Source: Gammaproteobacteria bacterium (GTDB taxonomy: Bacteria; Pseudomonadota; Gammaproteobacteria; PS1; Pseudothioglobaceae). From it: 64,000 nt of DNA. Both the position numbers and the translations under genes were made by a program. Location: contig OZ242267.1 in NCBI GenBank assembly GCA_965207335.1, forward strand, positions 835,729-899,728, in the 5' to 3' direction. The notes under the pieces are model-generated. The model was not told the origin of the DNA. It ran no database searches and worked only from the letters and a program-made list of their open reading frames with translations. Shown here in pieces: positions 1 to 8,787 of this stretch; the first letter of the stretch is position 1; each line of letters starts with the position of its first letter.

Positions 1-1287
1 ACAAAATTGTTTATTAAACTATTTGAATTTATATTTACCGAATATGAAAAATTTCAAGATAGAAATGATTGTATTGATTTTGACGATATGATTGTAAAAG
101 CTGTAAATTTAATAGAGTCTGGGAAATACACGCACCAGTTTAAGCATATTTTTATAGATGAGTTTCAAGATATTTCAACAACAAGAATGTTGCTAATAAG
201 AAAATTATTACCAATTAACAACACCTCAATGACAGTAGTTGGTGATGATTGGCAATCCATTAATGCGTTTGCAGGAAGTAATATAAAAATTATTCAAGAT
301 TTTACAAAAATATTTGGACTCTCTCAAACAATTAAATTAGATTACACCTTTAGGTTTGATAATATCGTATCAGATATAGTCTCTGACTTTATTCAAAAAA
401 ACCCACATCAAATTAAGAAAAAAATTAAAACTATTAAAGAACAAGATTTAACCAAATTTAGTATTTTGCTATATTGGGACACTGGAGACACTCAGTCAGA
501 TTTAATAAAAATAATAGATCTAATTGCCAGAAAGGAAAATGATGCAGAAATATTAATATTGGCTAGATATAACTTTTTATTAACTGAGTTAAGGGGTGTT
601 TTTAAAAATAAGTATCTAAATTTTGACATAAGTTTTTCTACTATTCATGGCTCAAAAGGGAATGAGGCCGATTATGTTATTGTTTTAAATATAAATAAGG
701 GAAAATTTGGCTTTCCCTCAAAAATTGAAGACGATCCGATATTAAATTTGGTTATACCAGAAGGTGATGAATTTAAGGATGCAGAAGAGAGAAGATTGTT
801 TTATGTAGCACTTACTAGAACAAAAAAGAATGTATTTTTACTTAGTAATATGTATGAAAAATCCACCTTTATTGAGGAGGTTATTAAAAATAACCAAGAT
901 GACATTTTCTTTTTAAACGACCCAAAAATAAAATTAATAAATTGTCCTGAGTGTAAAACTGGTTTATTGAGAAAAAGAAAGCAAGGTAAAAATACTAATA
1001 AACATTTTTATGGGTGTAATAATTTTCCTAGGTGTAAATATACAGAGAATGTGCAATATTGCCCAGAATGTAGCGAAGAAGTCTTTAGAACTGAAGACAA
1101 TAAAAATGCTAAATGTTCCAATGATACTTGTGATTTTGAAACTGAATTGTGCGTAGAATGCGGGGGATATATGATAGAAAGAAATGGGAAATACGGAGAA
1201 TTTCTAGGATGCACGAATTATCCAAAATGTAGTCATACATTGCAAGTAAATGAAAGCAATATTGTAACCATTAATGATGTTTTTTGA
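1..1287 (+). CDS. Superfamily-1 (UvrD/Rep/HelD-like) DNA helicase, C-terminal part, fused to three topoisomerase-type C4 zinc ribbons; 5' end outside the window
   Basis: Frame is open from base 1. Helicase motifs FIDEFQDIS, VGDDWQSINAFAGS, TIHGSKGNEADYVIV, ERRLFYVALTRTKK. C-terminal CPECKTG..FYGCNNFPRCKY, CPECSEE.., CVECGG..FLGCTNYPKC zinc-ribbon repeats. Confidence 0.8.
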   Translation, partial: TKLFIKLFEFIFTEYEKFQDRNDCIDFDDMIVKAVNLIESGKYTHQFKHIFIDEFQDISTTRMLLIRKLLPINNTSMTVVGDDWQSINAFAGSNIKIIQDFTKIFGLSQTIKLDYTFRFDNIVSDIVSDFIQKNPHQIKKKIKTIKEQDLTKFSILLYWDTGDTQSDLIKIIDLIARKENDAEILILARYNFLLTELRGVFKNKYLNFDISFSTIHGSKGNEADYVIVLNINKGKFGFPSKIEDDPILNLVIPEGDEFKDAEERRLFYVALTRTKKNVFLLSNMYEKSTFIEEVIKNNQDDIFFLNDPKIKLINCPECKTGLLRKRKQGKNTNKHFYGCNNFPRCKYTENVQYCPECSEEVFRTEDNKNAKCSNDTCDFETELCVECGGYMIERNGKYGEFLGCTNYPKCSHTLQVNESNIVTINDVF

Positions 1288-1309
1288 TTTTGTTGCAAGT
1301 TTTAAAAAG

Positions 1310-1366
1310 ATATAACAAAGCATTCCACCTGACCGCTAACGCGGCAGCTGAATTCAAGCGTTATAT
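1310..1366 (+). other. attC-like (integron 59-base-element-like) imperfect palindrome just downstream of the helicase stop
   Basis: ATATAAC (1310-1316) is the exact reverse complement of GTTATAT (1360-1366). The inner arms pair with single unpaired bases. The right arm AATTCAAGCGTTA resembles the aadA-type attC right arm as I recall it. Locally G+C-rich in an AT-rich context. Confidence 0.35.
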
Positions 1367-1379
1367 ACAGAGAGTTTTA

Positions 1380-2030
1380 GGGACACAATACTTAATTACA
1401 CCATATTTGTAAGATGAGATTGCCACGCCTTTTTACAAAGTCTCGCAATGACGGTGGGTATAATTCTAATTCTCAATTCTTGGTACTTCTTTAAAACCAC
1501 ACCACGAATTATCTCACGACAAAAATGTAACTTACAGGCACAATGTCTATATTGGGAGTTTGAGGGGCAGTTGTACCATAATTATAATGAAGGAATGAGT
1601 TCTGCCCCTCAATTAAAAAAACAATTGCTGTTAGGGGTTTGGGGATATTCCCCAAAGTAAGCTTTGCTTACTATTTTAAGTACTTTTTTTAATAGGCAGT
1701 TGGCATAATTCCAATTTATTATTCTGGGTGCTTTTTATATCGTCATTGTAAGCACTGCTTTTTAGTGTGTGGCAACATACTGGTACTCAATTATTCCAAT
1801 TTATTATTCTGGGTGCTTTTTTAAATCACACCGCTTTTGTAAGATGAGATTGTCACACCTTTTACAAGTCTCGCAATGACGGTGGGTATAATTCCAATTC
1901 GTTATTCTGGGTGCTTTTTTTAATAGGCAGTTGGTATAATTCCAATTCGTTATTGTGGGTGCTTTTTATACCGTCATTGTAAGCACTGCTTTTTAGTGTG
2001 TAGCAATCTCAGGCAATTATGCTGGGTATA
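1380..2030. repeat. Mosaic of palindromic repeat modules, same families as 39145-39222, 40131-40715, 48668-50365 and 50935-51738
   Basis: Contains the GAGGGGCAG..CTGCCCCTC hairpin module, the GGGGATATTCCCC / AGTAAGCTTTGCTTACT double-hairpin module and the CGTCATTG(T/C)(A/G)AG..GTGGCAATCTC..GAGATTGCCAC..CTCGCAATGACG nested palindrome. Confidence 0.85.
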
Positions 2031-2255
2031 AAAAAATAATGTACCTGAATAAATATATCACAAGTCCGACTCGTTATTAATTAAAGCGAAATAAGGGGGT
2101 ACTTTTTTTTAAATAGCCAAGAAATTACCCTAACAAAGTTAAGCAAAAAACAAGACTTAGGCAAATATAGTAAACAAGATGCAGATAAATGGCTTAAAGA
2201 ATACGATAAGGCAGTAAAATCATAAATAATCATAATTTTAATTTTAAGGAGAAAC

Positions 2256-2555
2256 ATGAGTAAATACTTTGTAATAGTATCGTTTGAATTACACAAGGGG
2301 CAATTAGAAAATTGGCAGATATTATCTAAGGAGATTTACCAAGATTTAAAAACAGCCGATGGCTTTATTAGTCGTGATTCTGGTATTGATGAAAATAAAC
2401 GGGTATATTGCCTAGTTAAATGGCAATCTAAAACCCAGCAAGAGTCGAACATGAAACGCTTAGAGTCAGGGGATAATTGGGGTAATACTATGGCACGATT
2501 TGGCAGTATTGCTAATATGGCTACTATGCAATCAAATAATTTAGATATTTTTTAA
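2256..2555 (+). CDS. Small ABM-like (antibiotic-biosynthesis-monooxygenase / dimeric alpha-beta barrel type) protein, function unknown
   Basis: 99-aa ORF preceded by AAGGAGA. The pattern FVIVSFEL..GFISRDSG..VYCLVKWQSK fits the ferredoxin-like ABM fold. Assignment by eye only. Confidence 0.45.
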   Translation: MSKYFVIVSFELHKGQLENWQILSKEIYQDLKTADGFISRDSGIDENKRVYCLVKWQSKTQQESNMKRLESGDNWGNTMARFGSIANMATMQSNNLDIF

Positions 2556-2572
2556 GTAGGTTTTATGCAAAA
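2483..2572 (+). repeat. Direct repeat copy 1 (~90 bp) bracketing the R-M cassette
   Basis: TAATACTATGGCACGATTTGGCAGTATTGCTAATATGGCTACTATGCAA..TTAGATATTTTTTAAGTAGGTTTTATGCAAAA recurs at 4923-5013 with a few substitutions and indels. Confidence 0.9.
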
Positions 2573-4124
2573 CTTAATTACTATAAAAGAGGCTAGCATT
2601 TGGGCCTCAAATTATATAGGCAAAAATGTTAGTCCTGCTAATATATCGTATTTAATACAATATGCAAGAGTTGCTAAGAAAACTCATAATGGTAGTACTG
2701 TTGTTAATCGTGATGAGTTAAAACATTATTACAACTCTCAAAAACCCAAAGAAGAGCATTATAAAAACACCTTAGGAAATGACTTAAATTGGCATTTATC
2801 TTTTGAACAATATAAAGAGGCAGAAACTACCAAACATGTACATAGACTGCATTCTTATAAGGGTAAATTTATACCGCAATTAGTTGAGTATTTTTTAGAT
2901 AGTCATACCGATAGCTTTAAAAAACAAGTATTTTTTAATAAAGGCGAGGCAATACTTGACCCTTTTTGTGGCAGTGGTACAACACTTATACAAGCAAATG
3001 AGTTAGGTTTAAATGCTATTGGTATTGATGTATCAACATTTAATGCTTTTATTAGCAATACAAAAATCGCCAATTATAATGTTGAGGATATTTTAAACGA
3101 GGCTACTAAAATAAGTCAAAATTTAGCAAAATTCCAACAACAAAAACAAAATACTATTTTTGAAACCGAGCTATTAGCAGAGCTTAAAACTTTTAATGCT
3201 GAGTTTTTTCCATCACCTGATTTTAAATATAAAGTTAGCCAAAAAATAATTGATGATAAAGCCTATGGCAATAAAAAGGCAGGCGATTTTTTAGTAATTT
3301 ATCAAAACCTTATTAAAAAATACAATATAAAACTTACCCAGAATAGTAACAATAATACATTTTTGGATAAATGGTTTTTACAGGCAATTAGAGATGAGAT
3401 AGATTTTGTATTTAAGCAAATTAAAACTATAAAAAACCCAGCAAGTAAAAAAATATTATCTTTAATACTAAGTCGTACAACCCGCTCAGTTAGAGCAACA
3501 ACTCATGCTGATTTAGCAACTCTAAAAACCCCAATTACCACAACTTATTATTGCAAAAAACACGGCAAAATATGTAAGCCATTATTCTCTATATATAACT
3601 GGTGGAAAAGATATGTAATAGACACTGTAAACCGTATCAAAGAATTTGACAAACTAAAAACTAATACTTTTCAATATTGTTTAACAGGCGATAGTAGAGA
3701 GATAAATATAGCCAAAAAATTAACTAAAATAGCCCCACATATCAAAAAATTTGCTGGTATTTTTTCATCACCTCCTTATGTAGGCTTAATTGATTATCAT
3801 AACCAACATGCTTATGCCTATGATTTATTTGGTTTTGATAGAAAAGATGAGCTAGAAATAGGCGCCTTATATAAAGGACAAGGCAAACATGCAAGGGAAT
3901 CTTATACAACAGGTGTTGCTGATGTGCTAATTAATAGCAAAAAATATTTAAAACAAGATTATGATATATTTTTAGTTGCCAACGATAAATACAATCTTTA
4001 TCCAAAAATCTCCCAGCTAGCTAATATGAATATTGTTAATAGATATAAAAGACCAGTATTAAATAGGGTTGAAAAAGATAGATCTGCTTATGCAGAAATT
4101 ATTTTTCATTTAAAAGAGAAGTAA
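2565..4124 (+). CDS. DNA methyltransferase (N6-adenine or N4-cytosine class), type II R-M modification subunit
   Basis: SAM-binding motif I DPFCGSGTT and catalytic motif IV SSPPY (FSSPPYVGLIDY) about 270 aa apart. Stop abuts the next gene (4124/4126). Confidence 0.85.
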   Translation: MQNLITIKEASIWASNYIGKNVSPANISYLIQYARVAKKTHNGSTVVNRDELKHYYNSQKPKEEHYKNTLGNDLNWHLSFEQYKEAETTKHVHRLHSYKGKFIPQLVEYFLDSHTDSFKKQVFFNKGEAILDPFCGSGTTLIQANELGLNAIGIDVSTFNAFISNTKIANYNVEDILNEATKISQNLAKFQQQKQNTIFETELLAELKTFNAEFFPSPDFKYKVSQKIIDDKAYGNKKAGDFLVIYQNLIKKYNIKLTQNSNNNTFLDKWFLQAIRDEIDFVFKQIKTIKNPASKKILSLILSRTTRSVRATTHADLATLKTPITTTYYCKKHGKICKPLFSIYNWWKRYVIDTVNRIKEFDKLKTNTFQYCLTGDSREINIAKKLTKIAPHIKKFAGIFSSPPYVGLIDYHNQHAYAYDLFGFDRKDELEIGALYKGQGKHARESYTTGVADVLINSKKYLKQDYDIFLVANDKYNLYPKISQLANMNIVNRYKRPVLNRVEKDRSAYAEIIFHLKEK

Positions 4125-4125
4125 T

Positions 4126-4911
4126 ATGTCACTATCAAATAATCAAGTAATTGCTATACAAGAAATAATTACTAAAAGTTTAAAAAATAAATTTAAAACA
4201 CATAATCCAGAACCAGCAGTTATGCCTTTTCATACTAGATTACTTGGAAAAGATAGACTGGCACTTTATTCATTTATACACTCTTTAAATACAAATTTTG
4301 GCACAACTATTTTTGAGCCAGTTGCTTTATCTATTGCCTCTAATCGCTTTAAAGTAACAAAAAAACAAATAAAATCTAGTACAAATATAAGTAGTCAAGC
4401 ACAAACAAAAATCCAAAATATAATGAATGATTTAACTACTGCTAGTAAAAAGCCTAACAAATTAAAAGAGATTGAAATAATTAGAAAGGTTTGCCAAAAA
4501 GGTAAAATACAAGCTATTAAACCAACTAAAATTGATCTTTACCTTGAAGACCATAAAAATAATGTTTACTTAATTGATTTAAAAACAGCAAAACCTAATA
4601 AAGGTGGATTTAGAGAATTAAAACGCACATTATTAGAATGGAGTGCTACTGCTCTTTATAAAAACCCAGCAGTAAAAATTAATACCTTAATTGCCATACC
4701 CTATAATCCTTATCAGCCTAAGCCTTATCAACGCTGGACTATGGCTGGAATGCTTGATTTAGAATATGAGTTAAAAGTTGCAGAGGATTTTTGGAATTTT
4801 TTGGGTGGTGAAGATACATATAATGATTTATTACAATGTTTTGAATGCGTTGGTATTGAGTTAAGAGGCGAGATTGATGAGTATTTTTTAACATTTAACA
4901 CCACTAAATAA
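4126..4911 (+). CDS. Putative type II restriction endonuclease partner of the methyltransferase (possibly TdeIII-like, from memory only)
   Basis: 261-aa ORF starting 2 nt after the methylase stop. N-terminal MPFHTRLLGKDRLALYSFIHSLNTNFGTTIFEPVA resembles what I recall of the TdeIII family. No homology search was possible. Confidence 0.5.
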   Translation: MSLSNNQVIAIQEIITKSLKNKFKTHNPEPAVMPFHTRLLGKDRLALYSFIHSLNTNFGTTIFEPVALSIASNRFKVTKKQIKSSTNISSQAQTKIQNIMNDLTTASKKPNKLKEIEIIRKVCQKGKIQAIKPTKIDLYLEDHKNNVYLIDLKTAKPNKGGFRELKRTLLEWSATALYKNPAVKINTLIAIPYNPYQPKPYQRWTMAGMLDLEYELKVAEDFWNFLGGEDTYNDLLQCFECVGIELRGEIDEYFLTFNTTK

Positions 4912-4922
4912 ATTATTTAGGT

Positions 4923-5013
4923 TAATATTATGGCACGATTTGGCAGTACTCTAATATGGATACTATGCAAACTGATAATTTAGATATTTTTTAAGTAGGT
5001 TTTTATGCAAAAA
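4923..5013 (+). repeat. Direct repeat copy 2 (degenerate duplicate of the 3' end of the ABM-like gene plus spacer and ATGCAAAA)
   Basis: Aligns with 2483-2572. A 1-bp deletion breaks the ABM reading frame in this copy. Confidence 0.9.
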
Positions 5014-7125
5014 AGTATTATTAGTGAATATTTAGATAAAATTAAAACAAAAAATATAGAAGGTAAAAACTATATTTACAGAGGACAGTCATCTAAAAAA
5101 TATGACTTTAAAGATGATATTGGCATACAATCAGCAATAACTAGACGCTATATTAATTCAAGTGGTTTAAAACCTAATGAAATAAAGCTTTTAACGCCCG
5201 CTAAAATAAATAATTTAAAACCTAGCCAAACAGAATATCTTGAATATCATAACAACTTAATTAAAGATGCTAAAAGCTATCGTTATGATGATAAATTAAA
5301 TGATACAGAGTTATTACTGGAATTACAACATTATGGCGCAGCAACTGGATTAATTGATTTTAGTGAAGATATGCTAATTGCACTATGGTTTGCATGCGAT
5401 AATAACGATGAGTACGGTAGTTTATTCTTCTTAGATGTGTGGAATGATAAATTTAAACATATTGATATTCAAAACGAACCAGATACTTTATTTAAAGAAC
5501 AAGAAACATTATTTTTTATAAAAACAAATTTTAAAAGTAATAATCGTATTTTTGCCCAAAAAGGTGTTGCTATTTTTGGCTACCAAGATATTAACCAAGG
5601 CTATGATTTAGATAATATCATAATTGACAAAGATGATAAAAGCAAAATTAGAGAAGAATTAAAAAAGTATTTTGCCATTGAAGAGAAAACTTTATTCCAA
5701 GATATTTATGGTTTTGCACAAGTAAATAACCCACAGCATAAATTAACCGTTAAAAGTGGAGACGATTATTTTAAAGAAGCTTATGAGGAAAAAGATCTAG
5801 TCAATCAAATTAAGCTTTATAAAAAAGCCATTGAGGCTTATAAAAAAGCAATTAGGAAAAACCCTAATTATGATAGTGCCTATTACAATATGGGTACTGC
5901 TTATAGCAAGTTAAAGCAATATGATAAAGCTATTGAAGCTTATAAACAAGCTATTAAAATAAAACCTGATAAAGATGAAGCCTATTACAATATGGGTAAT
6001 GCTTATTATGAGTTAGGGCAATATGAAAAAGCCATTGAAGCTTATAAACAAGCCATTGCAATAAAGCCTGATAAAGATGAAGCCTATTACAATATGGGTA
6101 CTGCTTATGGTAAGTTAGGGCAATATAAAAAAGCCATTGAAGCTTATAAAAAAGCCATTGCAATAAATTCTAATTATGATAAAGCCTATTACAATATGGG
6201 TATTGCTTATGGTAAGTTACAACAATATGAAAAAACCATTGAAACTTATAAAAAAGCCATTGCAATAAAGCCTGATAATGATAGTGCCTATTACAATATG
6301 GGTATTGCTTATGGTAAGTTAGGGCAATATGAAAAAGCCATTGAAGCTTATAAAAAAGCCATTGCAATAAAGCCTGATTATGATAGTGCCTATTACAATA
6401 TGGGTAGTGCTTATGATGAGTTAGAGCAATATGATAAAGCCATTGAAGCTTATAAAAAAGCCATTGCAATAAATTCTAATTATGATAAAGCCTATTACAA
6501 TATGGGTATTGCTTATGGTAAGTTAAAGCAACATGAAAAAGCCATTGAAGCTTATAAACAAGCAATTAAAATAAAGCCTGATGATGAAGCCTATAACAAT
6601 ATGGGTAGTGCTTATGATGAGTTAGAGCAATATGATAAAGCCATTGAAGCTTATGAACAAGCCATTGCAATAAAGCCTGATAAAGATGAAGCCTATTACA
6701 ATATGGGTACTGCTTATGTTAAATTAGAGCAATATGAAAAAGCCATTGAAGCTTATAAAAAAGCCATTGCAATAAAGCCTGATAAAGATGAAGCCTATTA
6801 CAATATGGGTATTGCTTATGGTAAGTTAGGGCAATATGAAAAAGCCATTGAAGCTTATAAAAAAGCCATTGCAATAAAACCTGATAATGATAGTGCCTAT
6901 TACAATATGGGTATTGCTTATGATGAGTTAGAGCAACATGAGAAAGCCATTGAGGCTTATAAAAAAGCTATTAGCATTAACCCTCAATTAACTGAACATG
7001 CTAAAAAACAAGATTGGAGTATATTAGAGAGGTGGATTAATAATTTAGCTGACTCTAACAAGAAAACTAATTACAAGTTAATACTTAATAAATTAAAAGG
7101 AAATGATGTTGATAAAACAAATTAG
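5005..7125 (+). CDS. FRG-domain protein fused to about 12 tetratricopeptide (TPR) repeats
   Basis: N-terminal YIYRGQ and LELQHYGAATGLIDFS match FRG-domain hallmarks. C-terminal 34-aa units repeat AYYNMGxAYxxLxQYxKAIEAYKKAIxIxP about 12 times. Confidence 0.8.
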   Translation: MQKSIISEYLDKIKTKNIEGKNYIYRGQSSKKYDFKDDIGIQSAITRRYINSSGLKPNEIKLLTPAKINNLKPSQTEYLEYHNNLIKDAKSYRYDDKLNDTELLLELQHYGAATGLIDFSEDMLIALWFACDNNDEYGSLFFLDVWNDKFKHIDIQNEPDTLFKEQETLFFIKTNFKSNNRIFAQKGVAIFGYQDINQGYDLDNIIIDKDDKSKIREELKKYFAIEEKTLFQDIYGFAQVNNPQHKLTVKSGDDYFKEAYEEKDLVNQIKLYKKAIEAYKKAIRKNPNYDSAYYNMGTAYSKLKQYDKAIEAYKQAIKIKPDKDEAYYNMGNAYYELGQYEKAIEAYKQAIAIKPDKDEAYYNMGTAYGKLGQYKKAIEAYKKAIAINSNYDKAYYNMGIAYGKLQQYEKTIETYKKAIAIKPDNDSAYYNMGIAYGKLGQYEKAIEAYKKAIAIKPDYDSAYYNMGSAYDELEQYDKAIEAYKKAIAINSNYDKAYYNMGIAYGKLKQHEKAIEAYKQAIKIKPDDEAYNNMGSAYDELEQYDKAIEAYEQAIAIKPDKDEAYYNMGTAYVKLEQYEKAIEAYKKAIAIKPDKDEAYYNMGIAYGKLGQYEKAIEAYKKAIAIKPDNDSAYYNMGIAYDELEQHEKAIEAYKKAISINPQLTEHAKKQDWSILERWINNLADSNKKTNYKLILNKLKGNDVDKTN
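5830..6990 (+). repeat. Tandem 102-bp coding repeats (TPR units) with high nucleotide identity
   Basis: GCCATTGAAGCTTATAAAAAAGCCATTGCAATAAAGCCTGAT..GCCTATTACAATATGGGT recurs with period 102 nt. Long spurious antisense ORFs (5954-6469) reflect the periodicity. Confidence 0.85.
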
Positions 7126-7207
7126 TTATATTGTTTTAACTCATAAAAACCCACCAACTAAAAATAACAACTCTAAAATATAGCCTCTACTAAACAAACA
7201 CCCTTAA

Positions 7208-8614
7208 ATGAACACTTTTTACTTTTACGATTTAGAAACCTTTGGTATTGACCCAAAAACCGCAAGAATTGCCCAGTTTGGTGGTATAAGAACAGATGAG
7301 GATTTTAATATTATAGCAGAGCCAGATATGTTTTATTGTCAGCCAACTGGTGATAGTTTGCCTGATCCACAGGCATGTATATTAACTGGTATTACCCCGC
7401 AATTATGCCAAAAAGAAGGTTTGCCAGAGCATAAGTTTATCCAAAAAATCTTAAATGAATTTAGTAAACGAAATACCTGTGTAATTGGCTATAATAATAT
7501 TCGCTTTGATGATGAGTTTATTCGTTTTTGTGCTTGGCGTAATTTATTAGAACCGTATGCTTGGTCGTGGCAAAATGGTAATAGCCGTTTTGACTTAATA
7601 GATGTAGTGAGATTTTGTTATGCATTAAAACCAAATAATAGCTTAAAGTGGGCTTATGATGAAGATAATAAACCTAGTTTTAAGCTTGATAAATTATCCC
7701 TAGCAAATAACATAGAACACAAAAACGCCCATGATGCCCTAGCAGATGTAATGGCAACTGTTGAAATTGCTAAAAAAATTAAAAAAACTCAAGCACAATT
7801 ATTTAGCTATGCCCTTAGTTTAAAAAACAAAAAAGCAGTTGCCAGTAAAGTCAAATTATTACAGCCTATGCTGCATACTTCTGGCATGTACTCTGCTACT
7901 GATAGTTGTACTAAATTAATAGCTGCTTTGGCATATCATCCGCAATATCAAGATAGAGTTATAGTTTATGATTTAGCTCAAGATGTTAATATTTTGTTAA
8001 ATTTATCAGCAAATGAATTACAACAAAGACTATTTGTAAAACAAGATGAACTGCCAAAAGGAGTTGATAGATTAAATATAAAAGAAATGGTATTTAATAA
8101 AAGCCCTATGTTTATAGCTAGTGAAAAACCACCAAAAAACTTAAATATTGATACTAAATTATGTCTTAGTAATTTAGCTATAATCAAAGAAAACCACGGC
8201 AAAATACTAGCAAAAATCCTAGAAATATACAAGCAACAAGATTTTAACAACACTACTAAGGATGTAGAACAAATGTTATATGGCTATGATTTTATAGGCA
8301 ATAAAGACAGAAAAATACTAAATGATATTGTACAACAAAATGATAAACAATTAAAAGACACTAAGTTAGAATTTACCGATAATCGTTTAGATAAATTATT
8401 ATTACATTATAAGGCCAAGAATTACCCTAAATCCTTAACAAATAAAGAGCAAGAGTATTGGTTTGAAACTATACAAGAAAGAATACAATTAGGCTGTGAT
8501 GGTTATTTAGCTATTGATAAATATTTTGCTATTATTGAGGCATTAACACAAAATTATCCAGATAAATTACCCATTTTACAAGAATTAAATGACTATGGCT
8601 CATCACTAATATGA
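7208..8614 (+). CDS. sbcB: Exodeoxyribonuclease I
   Basis: N-terminal DnaQ-like exonuclease motifs FYDLETFGIDP, IGYNNIRFDDEF, HDALADV; length 468 aa. Confidence 0.9.
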   Translation: MNTFYFYDLETFGIDPKTARIAQFGGIRTDEDFNIIAEPDMFYCQPTGDSLPDPQACILTGITPQLCQKEGLPEHKFIQKILNEFSKRNTCVIGYNNIRFDDEFIRFCAWRNLLEPYAWSWQNGNSRFDLIDVVRFCYALKPNNSLKWAYDEDNKPSFKLDKLSLANNIEHKNAHDALADVMATVEIAKKIKKTQAQLFSYALSLKNKKAVASKVKLLQPMLHTSGMYSATDSCTKLIAALAYHPQYQDRVIVYDLAQDVNILLNLSANELQQRLFVKQDELPKGVDRLNIKEMVFNKSPMFIASEKPPKNLNIDTKLCLSNLAIIKENHGKILAKILEIYKQQDFNNTTKDVEQMLYGYDFIGNKDRKILNDIVQQNDKQLKDTKLEFTDNRLDKLLLHYKAKNYPKSLTNKEQEYWFETIQERIQLGCDGYLAIDKYFAIIEALTQNYPDKLPILQELNDYGSSLI

Positions 8615-8718
8615 GACCTTTACATAAATAGGGATGATTAGCAGAGCTCTGATTTTTGCTTAATGTCAGTGAGTGGAAACGGGGTTCTGATGATTATTCA
8701 TGTTTGTGCAAAGGTCTC
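8613..8718. mobile_element. MITE copy (internally deleted, 106 bp)
   Basis: Termini GAGACCTTTACATAAATA / CATGTTTGTGCAAAGGTCTC. Flanks AATAT / AATAA (4 of 5). The sbcB stop codon TGA overlaps the first two bases. Confidence 0.8.
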
Positions 8719-8787
8719 AATAAGTTTAACATTGTAATATTTTTTAATTATGGTATAATATTATGCTTTTTAACAGACTTTGTTATT

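Noticed and set aside
2085-2225. Open frame encoding ..NSQEITLTKLSKKQDLGKYSKQDADKWLKEYDKAVKS* upstream of the ABM-like gene
   Set aside because: It has no ATG, GTG or TTG start after the upstream stop and no RBS. It may be a gene remnant, but I cannot support that.
5954-6469. Antisense ORFs within the TPR region
   Set aside because: These are periodic artefacts of the 102-bp coding repeat on the opposite strand of a well-supported gene.
8656-8787. Longer N-termini offered by the ORF track for nth (8656), rimM (10311) and thyA (11724)
   Set aside because: The extensions read through MITE sequence or through the upstream gene (lgt). Family-typical N-termini begin at the internal ATGs at 8788, 10341 and 11640.
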